From NCBI GenBank assembly GCA_039815685.1, contig JBCBYV010000014.1, forward strand, positions 12,338 through 76,337: DNA of 64,000 nt. Direction: 5' to 3'. The position numbers were made by a program, and so were the translations under genes. This document shows, piece after piece, positions 27,891 to 36,577 of this stretch (its first letter is position 1; every line of letters starts with the position of its first letter). Source of the DNA: Pseudomonadota bacterium (GTDB lineage: Bacteria; Pseudomonadota; Alphaproteobacteria; Rhodobacterales; Rhodobacteraceae). The notes below the pieces were generated by a model. It saw nothing but the letters and a program-made list of their open reading frames with translations. It did no database searches and had not been told where the DNA came from.

Positions 27891-28761
27891 GAACCCTCCT
27901 TCTTGTCGAGGTTCGTCATCACCGTGAAGAAGACCCAGGAGACGAGCAGGATCACCAGGAAGTAGATGATCGAGAAGGCGCCAGCCGGCCCGAGATCGAA
28001 CTGCCCCAGCGCCTGCTTCACGAGGTCGATGGAGAGGAGCGTCGTCGCGTTACCGGGTCCACCTCCCGTGACCACGATGATCTCGGTGTAGATCTTGAAG
28101 CTGTCCATGAAGCGCAGGAGGATCGCGATGGTGAGGACACCCATCATCTTGGGCAGCTCGATGTAGCGGAAGACCTTCCACCGGCTCGCCTGATCGATCC
28201 GCGCGGCTTGGTAGTAGGCCTGCGGGATGGATTGGAGCCCTGCATAGGCGAGGAGGACCACCAGCGACGTCCAGTGCCAGACATCCATGACGATGATCGT
28301 GATCCAGGCGGCAACCGCGTCCTGCGCGTAGTTGTAGGGAATGCCGATGCCGTTCACCGCCGCGCCCAGAAGCCCGATGTCTTCCCGCGCGAAGATCCGC
28401 CAGATGGTACCGACGACGTTCCAGGGGATCAGCAGCGGCAGTGCCACGAGCACGAGGCACACCGTCGCCCAGATCCCCTTCTTAGGCATGTGGAGTGCGA
28501 TATAGACGCCAAGCGGGATCTCGATGGCGAGGATCGTGAGCGTAAAGAAGACCTGCCGCAGGAAGGCGTTGTGCAGGCGCTCGGACGCAAGGACCTCGCC
28601 AAACCACTCGAACTTGTCATCGAGCGGATAGAACTCGCCGCCGAAGGCATCCTGAATCGAGTAGTTGACGACCGTCATCAGCGGGATCACAGCCGAGAAC
28701 GCCACGATCACCAGCACCGGCAGCACCAGGAACCAGGCGCGATTGTTCCAGGTCTTCTCCA

Positions 28762-28765
<4 letters not shown>
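27887..28765 (-). CDS. glpP: Carbohydrate ABC permease
   Basis: EAA loop YYQAARIDQASRWKVFRYIELP, MDVWHWT. Confidence 0.85.
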
Positions 28766-29856
<1,091 letters not shown>

Positions 29857-29867
29857 CGGCGTCTTCC

Positions 29868-30956
29868 TCAGGCTGCAATCGCGTAGGAGGCCGGGGCGAC
29901 CAGCGGCCCGTCCTCCGCGAAGATGTAGATGTGCTCGGGGCGCACGAAGAAGGACTGCACCGACCCGATCTCCAGATGCCGCACGCCATGGCTCAACGAC
30001 ACCCAGCGGTCGGTCCCGTGATCGAGGTGGATGAAGCTCTCCGAACCGGTGATCTCAGTCACCGCGACATGCCCCCGGAACTCAAGTGCTTCCGGCGACT
30101 GGCGCTCGAGGCCAAGATGGTTGGGCCTGAAGCCCGCGCGATAGCGCCCGTCTGGGATCTCAGCGAGTGGGCCTGTGGCCGCAACGCTCTGCCCCTCCCC
30201 GAAGAGCAGCTTCGTGCCGTTCTTCGAGATAGCCAGGAAGTTCATCGGCGGGTCGGAAAAGACCCGCGCCGTCGTCGCATCCTGAGGCTGACGATAGACC
30301 TCGACCGTCGGGCCGAACTGCGTCACTTGCCCTTCCCAAATGGCTGCGCACTGCCCGCCCAGAAGCAGCGCCTCCTCTGGCTCAGTCGTCGCATAGACGA
30401 AGATCGCGCCGGATTCCTGGAAGATCTTCGGGATCTCGGCGCGCAGTTCCTCGCGCAGCTTGTAGTCGAGATTGGCCAAGGGCTCGTCGAGGAGAACGAG
30501 ACCCGCCCCCTTCACGAGCGCCCGACCCATGGCGCAGCGCTGCTGCTGTCCGCCCGAAAGCTCCAGCGGCTTGCGGTCGAGGAAACCCTCGAGGCGCATC
30601 ATCTCCGCGGTCGCGCGCACCCGCCGGTCGACCTCGTCCTTCGAGGCGCCCTTGAGGCGGAGGGGGGAGGCAATGTTCTCGTAGACACTGAGTGAGGGGT
30701 AGTTGATGAACTGCTGATAGACCATCGCGACACCGCGATCCTGCACCCGCACGCCCGTCACGTCCTGACCCTGCCACAGCACGCGGCCCGTCGTCGGCGC
30801 ATCCAGCCCGGCCATCAGGCGCATCAGCGAGGTCTTGCCGGATAGCGTCGGCCCCAGCAGCACGTTCATCGTGCCGGGCTCTAGCGTCAGATCGGTCGGG
30901 TGGATGTGCATCGACGCACCGGCGACGCGGCTCACCCCCTCGAGGGTCAGTGTCAT
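29868..30956 (-). CDS. glpS: ABC ATPase with degenerate H-loop
   Basis: Walker A GPTLSGKT, LSGGQQQ, LLDEP. Switch region YATTEPEEA lacks His. Confidence 0.88.
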   Translation of the reverse strand: MTLTLEGVSRVAGASMHIHPTDLTLEPGTMNVLLGPTLSGKTSLMRLMAGLDAPTTGRVLWQGQDVTGVRVQDRGVAMVYQQFINYPSLSVYENIASPLRLKGASKDEVDRRVRATAEMMRLEGFLDRKPLELSGGQQQRCAMGRALVKGAGLVLLDEPLANLDYKLREELRAEIPKIFQESGAIFVYATTEPEEALLLGGQCAAIWEGQVTQFGPTVEVYRQPQDATTARVFSDPPMNFLAISKNGTKLLFGEGQSVAATGPLAEIPDGRYRAGFRPNHLGLERQSPEALEFRGHVAVTEITGSESFIHLDHGTDRWVSLSHGVRHLEIGSVQSFFVRPEHIYIFAEDGPLVAPASYAIAA

Positions 30957-31049
30957 GCTTCCTCCCGTGTCGCGCCCCAACTCTCGGCCGGGTTGTGCCA
31001 TTCGTGCTCGCCTGCAACGCACCCGTCAATCCCGCACAGGAACGCGCAA

Positions 31050-31215
31050 AAGCGAAGCTATATGGCTTTCGTTCTTGTTCCTAATTCAACCACTTTGCGC
31101 GCATCTGTCAAATAGCGAAAGCGAGAAAAGCAGCGAGAAGGCTCGAAATTTCGCTCCAGAAGGAGCCGAAACATCGTCAGTGCGAGACTTCGTTCGAAAG
31201 CGGGGATGAGCGAAT
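31050..31215 (-). promoter_or_regulatory. Candidate glp promoter with clustered TTTCG/CGAAA motifs (possible GlpR sites)
   Basis: TTGACA on minus at 31111-31106, TTTCGTT at 31067, CGAAA at 31116, CGAAATTTCG near 31144, CGAAAC near 31167, TTCGTTCGAAAG near 31189. The -10 element is weak. Confidence 0.4.
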
Positions 31216-31223
31216 TTGCGCGC

Positions 31224-31850
31224 TTAAGACGCCTGGGCGTAGCTGATGACCGACAGGAAGCGCGCCGGGAGCCGGATCAGGGCGTCCGGACCGTGCGGCG
31301 CGTCCGCTTCGAAGAACAGCGCATCGCCGGGTCTTAGATGGAAGACCGTGTCACCGTGGCGATAACCGACCTCACCTTCGAGCAAATACAGGAACTCGAC
31401 CCCGTCATGCCGAAACGTCGGAAACACATCCGATTCGTCGGACAAGGTGATGAGATAGGGCTCCGTCACCACCCCTGCGCCCGAACCGGCGAGATGCCCG
31501 AGGAGGCTGTACTGGTGTCCCGCGCGGGTACCCATGCGCTCGACGCTTAATCCCTCCCCCGCTCGGACATGCACGGCCCGACGGGCCTCCTCGAAGCGCT
31601 GGAAGAAGGTGGTGATCGGCACGGCAAGCGCACGGGAGAGCGCCTGCAAGGTGGCGAGCGACGGGGAGATCAGCCCGTTCTCGATCTTTGAGAGCATGCC
31701 GGCACTGAGCCCCGCCACCTCCGCCAGTGCGCCGAGGCCGAGGCCCGCCTGGGTGCGAAGGCTCCGCACCTGATGACCGATGGCGACCTCCAGCACCTCG
31801 CTCCCGCCCTCGCTCGACCGGTGGGGGTCCTGCGCCAGGCGGCCGCGCAT
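31224..31850 (-). CDS. XRE-family HTH plus cupin transcriptional regulator
   Basis: LSAGMLSKIENGLISPSLATL, then cupin HDGVEFLYLLEG...FEADAPHGP. Starts 4 bp after the gmaS stop. Confidence 0.9.
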   Translation of the reverse strand: MRGRLAQDPHRSSEGGSEVLEVAIGHQVRSLRTQAGLGLGALAEVAGLSAGMLSKIENGLISPSLATLQALSRALAVPITTFFQRFEEARRAVHVRAGEGLSVERMGTRAGHQYSLLGHLAGSGAGVVTEPYLITLSDESDVFPTFRHDGVEFLYLLEGEVGYRHGDTVFHLRPGDALFFEADAPHGPDALIRLPARFLSVISYAQAS

Positions 31851-31854
31851 CGGC

Positions 31855-33162
31855 TCAGATATCCAGCGTGTTGGTCCGCTCCCAATCCGAGAAATGGGCG
31901 GTGTAGTCGTGCCATTCCTGCGTCTTGAGCTTCACATAGGCGCCCGCGAAACTCTCGCCCAAGGCCTCCTTCAACTCCGTATCCGCATCGAAGGTGCGGA
32001 GTGCGTCGAGCAGGTTGAGCGGCAGCCGCCGCGCATCGGGCACGAAGGCCGCATCGGCATACATGTCGAAGTCGGACTTCGGGCCCGGATCGGCCTTGTT
32101 GATCAGCCCCGAGAGCCCGGCCGCGATAATCGCCGCCTGCAGGAGGTAGGGGTTCGCCGCCCCGTCCGCGAGACGCAGCTCGAAGCGCCCCGGGCCGGGC
32201 ACGCGGACCATATGCGTTCGGTTGTTGCCGGACCAGGTAACCGTGTTGGGCGCCCAGGTCGCCCCCGAATGCGTCACCGGGGCGTTGATCCGCTTGTAGC
32301 TGTTGACGGTCGGGTTGGTGATCGCCGCCAGCGCCTCCGCATGCGCCATGATCCCGCCCAGGAAGTGTCGGCCTTGCGTGGCGAGGCCAAGCTCCTTCGA
32401 CTCGTCCTCGAAGAGGTTCTTCTTGCCGGCAGGATCCCAGACACTGACATGCGCGTGGCAACCATTGCCCGTCAGCCGCTCGATCGGCTTCGGCATGAAG
32501 GTCGCACGGAGCCCGTGTTTCTCCGCAATCGACTTCACCATGAACTTGAAGAACGAGTGCTTGTCCGCCGTCGCCAGCGCATCGTCGAATTCCCAGTTCA
32601 TCTCGAACTGGCCGTTCGCGTCCTCGTGGTCGTTCTGATAGGGCAGCCAGCCAAGATGCAGCATCGCGTCCGAGATCTCGGCGATCACATCATAGCGGCG
32701 CATCACCGCCTGCTGATCGTAGCAGGGCTTGGCCTGCGTATCGTGCGGGTCGCTGATCTCCGTGCCGTCGGGGTTCAGCAGGAAGAACTCCGCCTCGACG
32801 CCCGACTTCACCCGCATATTCACGCTTTGCGCGGCGAGGATCTGACGGCGGAGCACATTGCGCGGCGCCTGCGCGACCTCGATCCCCTCCATCATGCAGT
32901 CGGCGGCAACCCAGGCGACTTCCGGCTTCCAAGGGAGCTGAATGACCGAGTGCGGATCTGGAAGCGCGAGCATGTCAGGATGCGCGGGGCTCATGTCGAG
33001 ATGGGCGGCAAAGCCCGCAAACCCGGCGCCTTCATCCTGCATCATGCCGATCGCCTGCGTCGGTACGAGCTTCGAGCGCTGCACGCCGAAGAGGTCGGTG
33101 AACGACACCAGGAAGTACTTGACGTTATGCTCCGCCGCGAACTCGCTCAGACTTGCAGACAT
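31855..33162 (-). CDS. gmaS: Type III glutamate-ammonia ligase, gamma-glutamylmethylamide synthetase
   Basis: KYFLVSFTDLFGVQRSKLVP, HEDANGQFEMN, TFMPKP, GNGCHAH, NRTHMVR. Directly downstream of mgsABC. Confidence 0.88.
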   Translation of the reverse strand: MSASLSEFAAEHNVKYFLVSFTDLFGVQRSKLVPTQAIGMMQDEGAGFAGFAAHLDMSPAHPDMLALPDPHSVIQLPWKPEVAWVAADCMMEGIEVAQAPRNVLRRQILAAQSVNMRVKSGVEAEFFLLNPDGTEISDPHDTQAKPCYDQQAVMRRYDVIAEISDAMLHLGWLPYQNDHEDANGQFEMNWEFDDALATADKHSFFKFMVKSIAEKHGLRATFMPKPIERLTGNGCHAHVSVWDPAGKKNLFEDESKELGLATQGRHFLGGIMAHAEALAAITNPTVNSYKRINAPVTHSGATWAPNTVTWSGNNRTHMVRVPGPGRFELRLADGAANPYLLQAAIIAAGLSGLINKADPGPKSDFDMYADAAFVPDARRLPLNLLDALRTFDADTELKEALGESFAGAYVKLKTQEWHDYTAHFSDWERTNTLDI

Positions 33163-33174
33163 GCCATCCCCTCT

Positions 33175-34524
33175 TCAGTAGCCGTTTCGGCCCGGTATCC
33201 ACTCGGTTCCCGCCAGCGGGACCTGCGCCATCGCGGCGGCTTCGACCGTAAGGGCGCATAGGTCCTCCGGCTCCAGGTTCCGTACATCGTTCTTGCCGCA
33301 GGCTCGCGCGATGGTCTGCGCCTCAAGCGTCATGACCTTCAGGAAGTTATGGAGGCGCCGCCCACCCAGCACCGGGTCGAGCCGGGCGGAGAGCTCCGGG
33401 TCCTGCGTCGTGATGCCGGCAGGGTCACGGCCTTCGTGCCAGTCGTCATAGGCGCCCGCGGTGGTGCCGAGAGCGCGATAGTCCTCCTCCCAGCGCGGGT
33501 CGTTATCGCCGAGCGCGATGAGCGCGGCGGTCCCGATGCTCACCGCATCCGCACCTAGCGCCAGCGCCTTGGCCATGTCGGCACCGTTCCGGATGCCGCC
33601 GGAGACGACGAGCTGCACCCGACGGTGCATGCCCAACTCCTCGAGTGCGCGCACCGCCGGACGGATGCAGGCGAGCGTGGGTTGGCCCACATGTTCGATG
33701 AAAACATCCTGCGTCGCCGCTGTGCCGCCCTGCATGCCGTCGAGCACCACGACATCCGCACCGGCCTTCACCGCCAGCGCCGTGTCGTAGTAAGGACGCG
33801 CGCCGCCGACCTTGATGAAGATCGGCTTCTCCCAGCCGGTGATCTCTCGGAGCTCCAGGATCTTGATCTCGAGATCGTCGGGCCCCGTCCAGTCCGGATG
33901 CCGGCAGGCCGAGCGCTGGTCGATACCCGGCGGCAGGGTGCGCATCTCCGCCACGCGGTCATCGATCTTCTGGCCCATGAGCATGCCGCCGCCTCCGGGC
34001 TTCGCGCCCTGGCCCACGACCACCTCGATGGCGTCCGCCCGCCGCAGATCGTGCGGGTTCATACCGTAGCGGGAGGGGAGAAGCTGATAGACCAGCAGCT
34101 CCGAGTGCCCGCGCTCCTCCTCCGTCATGCCGCCATCGCCGGTGGTCGTCGATGTGCCGGCGAGCGTCGCGCCGCGGCCCAGCGCCTCCTTCGCCTGACC
34201 GGAAAGCGCGCCGAAGCTCATACCCGCAATCGTCACGGGGATCTTCAGCTCCAGCGGTTTCGAGGCATGCCGAGTGCCAAGCATCACGCTCGTGTCGCAG
34301 GCCTCGCGATACCCCTCGAGCGGGTAGCGGGACATCGAGGCGCCCAGAAACAGCAGGTCGTCGAAATGCGGCACCGCCCGCTTCACGCCGCCGCCCCGAA
34401 TATCGTAGATGCCCGTCGCCGCCGCCCTCCGGATCTCCGCATTCACCTCAGGCGTGAAGGTCGCGGAGTAGCGCGGCAGGGTCCGGGGCGCCTCTCGGCC
34501 CAGTTTCAGGGGCGTGTCATCCAT
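33175..34524 (-). CDS. mgsC: N-methylglutamate synthase subunit C (FMN-binding glutamate synthase domain; GlxD)
   Basis: IAGMSFGALS, TTTGDGG, GQGAKPGGGG, DGMQGGTAA, SGGIRNGAD. Confidence 0.88.
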   Translation of the reverse strand: MDDTPLKLGREAPRTLPRYSATFTPEVNAEIRRAAATGIYDIRGGGVKRAVPHFDDLLFLGASMSRYPLEGYREACDTSVMLGTRHASKPLELKIPVTIAGMSFGALSGQAKEALGRGATLAGTSTTTGDGGMTEEERGHSELLVYQLLPSRYGMNPHDLRRADAIEVVVGQGAKPGGGGMLMGQKIDDRVAEMRTLPPGIDQRSACRHPDWTGPDDLEIKILELREITGWEKPIFIKVGGARPYYDTALAVKAGADVVVLDGMQGGTAATQDVFIEHVGQPTLACIRPAVRALEELGMHRRVQLVVSGGIRNGADMAKALALGADAVSIGTAALIALGDNDPRWEEDYRALGTTAGAYDDWHEGRDPAGITTQDPELSARLDPVLGGRRLHNFLKVMTLEAQTIARACGKNDVRNLEPEDLCALTVEAAAMAQVPLAGTEWIPGRNGY

Positions 34525-34532
34525 GACGGGCC

Positions 34533-35198
34533 TCAATACGCATCATCGGGCTCGAAGTTGTAGAGCCGTCGGGCCGAGCCGAAGCGGCGGAAGCGGGCAG
34601 GGTCGGCATCCATGAAGCAGGCCTCGAGCTGACCCGTCAGCCAGCGGAGGGAGGCTGCGTCCATCTCCTTCTCCTCGCAATCGGCGCCGAGGCTCTTTAC
34701 CTGGCCACCGACATAGATCTCCGCCTCATAGAGGCTGTCGCCCAGCGCATCGCCCGCATCGCCACAGACGACGAGCCGCCCGGCCTGACCCATGAAGGCG
34801 CCCATATGGCCGATCCGCCCGCCAACCACGATGTCGATCCCCTTCATGGAGATCCCACAGCGCGACGAGGCGTTGCCACGAATGATCAGCAGCCCGCCGC
34901 GACCCGTGGCACCTGCGTACTGGCTCGCATCGCCATCCACGACGACTGTGCCGGACATCATGTTCTCGGCGACACCCGGCCCCGCATTGCCCGCGATCCG
35001 GACGGTCGCCTGCGCGTTCATGCCCGCACAGTAATACCCCGCCGGGCCCGCAACCCGCACCTCGACCGGCGCGTCGAGGCCCACAGCGATGGCATGGCGC
35101 CCGCCGGGATTGGCTACCTCGAAGGCAGGCGCATTGGCCGCCTGCAGGGCCATGTTCACCTGCCGGAGGGGGCTGGTGGAAAGATCGAGCCGCTGCAT
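34533..35198 (-). CDS. mgsB: N-methylglutamate synthase subunit B (GXGXG domain; GlxC)
   Basis: AGYYCAGMN, GVAENMMSG, SRCGISMKG. TGATG coupling with mgsA. Confidence 0.88.
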   Translation of the reverse strand: MQRLDLSTSPLRQVNMALQAANAPAFEVANPGGRHAIAVGLDAPVEVRVAGPAGYYCAGMNAQATVRIAGNAGPGVAENMMSGTVVVDGDASQYAGATGRGGLLIIRGNASSRCGISMKGIDIVVGGRIGHMGAFMGQAGRLVVCGDAGDALGDSLYEAEIYVGGQVKSLGADCEEKEMDAASLRWLTGQLEACFMDADPARFRRFGSARRLYNFEPDDAY

Positions 35199-36097
35199 CA
35201 GTGCTCCCAGAAATAGACGGTGGCGGGTTCCGGCTCCCAGAGCCGGGCCTTGGCGATCCCCGGCAGGACCGCCAAGGCGCGGTACTCCGAGCCGAAGGCG
35301 ACATAGCCCGGGGTCTCCGCCATTACCGCAGGCTTGCAAGCGATGGGGTCGCGCAGGACGCCGAAGCCCGTGGCCGTGCCCACGACGAAGGTGAAGAAGC
35401 CGTCGAGTTCATCGATGCCGTCCTCCAGCGCCCCCCCCAGATTGCGCCCTTGGCGCATCCGTCCGGTGAGAAAGGCCGCGGCCACCTCGCTATCGTTCTC
35501 GGTGTCGAAATGATGCCCCTCCGCCTCCAGCTTCCGACGCAGCCGGTTGTGGTTCGAGAGTGAGCCATTGTGCACAAGGCACTGATCGGGACCGGTGGAG
35601 AACGGGTGGGCGCCGAGGGTCGTCACCGCACTCTCCGTCGCCATGCGCGTATGCCCGATCCCGTGCCGCCCCTTCATCCTGCCGAGACCGAAGCGCTGCG
35701 AGACCGAAGCGGGGGCGCCGACCTCCTTGTAGATCTCAATGGCACCGCCCGCGCTCATGACACTCACATCCGGAAAGCTCTCCCTCAGCAGCGCGCGCAC
35801 CGCCGCCTCCGTATTGGAGGCACAGCGCAGGACGCCATGCGTGTCCTTGCGCTCGATGCTGGCGCCGTGGGTCGAGGGCCGCTCGCAGAGCGTGGCCTCG
35901 ATTGCCGGAAAATCGTCATCAGGCACGGCACTCCGCAATGTGAGTTTGACCGTCCGCTCTGCCTCGGGCGTGTAGACGGCGATCCCGGCGCTGTCCGGTC
36001 CCCGTTCCGTCATCGTCACCAGCATGTCGGACAGCATGCCACCGAGCTCACCCTCGAGCCTGCGATCCTTCAGGAATAGGCCGACGATGCCACACAT
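35198..36097 (-). CDS. mgsA: N-methylglutamate synthase subunit A (class II glutamine amidotransferase; GlxB)
   Basis: N-terminal MCGIVG nucleophile, RGPDSAG, GHTRMATES, HNGSLSN, ENDSE. Confidence 0.9.
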   Translation of the reverse strand: MCGIVGLFLKDRRLEGELGGMLSDMLVTMTERGPDSAGIAVYTPEAERTVKLTLRSAVPDDDFPAIEATLCERPSTHGASIERKDTHGVLRCASNTEAAVRALLRESFPDVSVMSAGGAIEIYKEVGAPASVSQRFGLGRMKGRHGIGHTRMATESAVTTLGAHPFSTGPDQCLVHNGSLSNHNRLRRKLEAEGHHFDTENDSEVAAAFLTGRMRQGRNLGGALEDGIDELDGFFTFVVGTATGFGVLRDPIACKPAVMAETPGYVAFGSEYRALAVLPGIAKARLWEPEPATVYFWEH

Positions 36098-36113
36098 GCC
36101 GCGACTCCCATGC

Positions 36114-36148
36114 TTTCTCTGGAAGAAACATCAGTTCTTCTAGAGAAA
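36114..36148. promoter_or_regulatory. Double-dyad operator upstream of mgsA
   Basis: TTTCTCTGGAAGAAACATCAGTTCTTCTAGAGAAA: 14-bp arms with one mismatch, built from two (T/G)TTCT-N5-AGAAA units 20 bp apart, 17 bp from the ATG. Confidence 0.7.
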
Positions 36149-36205
36149 CAAGAGCGGTGACCTTACTCGCGGATTTTGCGTGGGCAGAGACGGGAGAGAT
36201 GGAGC

Positions 36206-36358
36206 CAGAGCGCCATCCGATCAGCTTGCACCACCGTGATCATCCGCCGGGGTAGGCCCGGCGGTCCAAGGTACCGGGCGCTGAGTCACGATATTGCCCC
36301 AAGATCATGCCGGGGCATGGCAGGATCGTTCAATTGATCCCGTCAGACCGGACGCTGC
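36206..36358. repeat. Degenerate REP/RIME-like composite element
   Basis: TCAT-CCGCCGGG-GTAGG-CCCGGCGG-TCCA (perfect 8-bp stem, 36244-36264) and a second CATGCC-GG-GGCATG hairpin. Same architecture as the elements at 3141 and 9298. Confidence 0.55.
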
Positions 36359-36577
36359 CCCAGTCGTAAGAACGAGATGGCTGAAACCGTTCACGGTCAG
36401 CCCCGAGGCTCAACCCGGGACTCGACAAACCCGATGCAGTCCAAGCTTGTGGCGGCAGGCTTCACTGCCGGAACAAGTCTGGCAGTGAAGCTGACGAACG
36501 TCTCGGTCGTACCACTGGAAAGATCTGAGATAAGCGGGGGCGCTCGCACGCCACCGCCCGATAACGCATCGCCGCCG

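Noticed and set aside
31061-31080. GTTCTTGTTC as a LexA box upstream of glpS
   Set aside because: The GTTC units are 2 bp apart, not 7.
35431-35438. C8 tract in mgsA (also G9 at 9082-9090) as phase-variation sites
   Set aside because: Short for a GC-rich genome. The mgsA frame is intact (encodes Gly-Gly) and the G9 tract is intergenic downstream of a stop.
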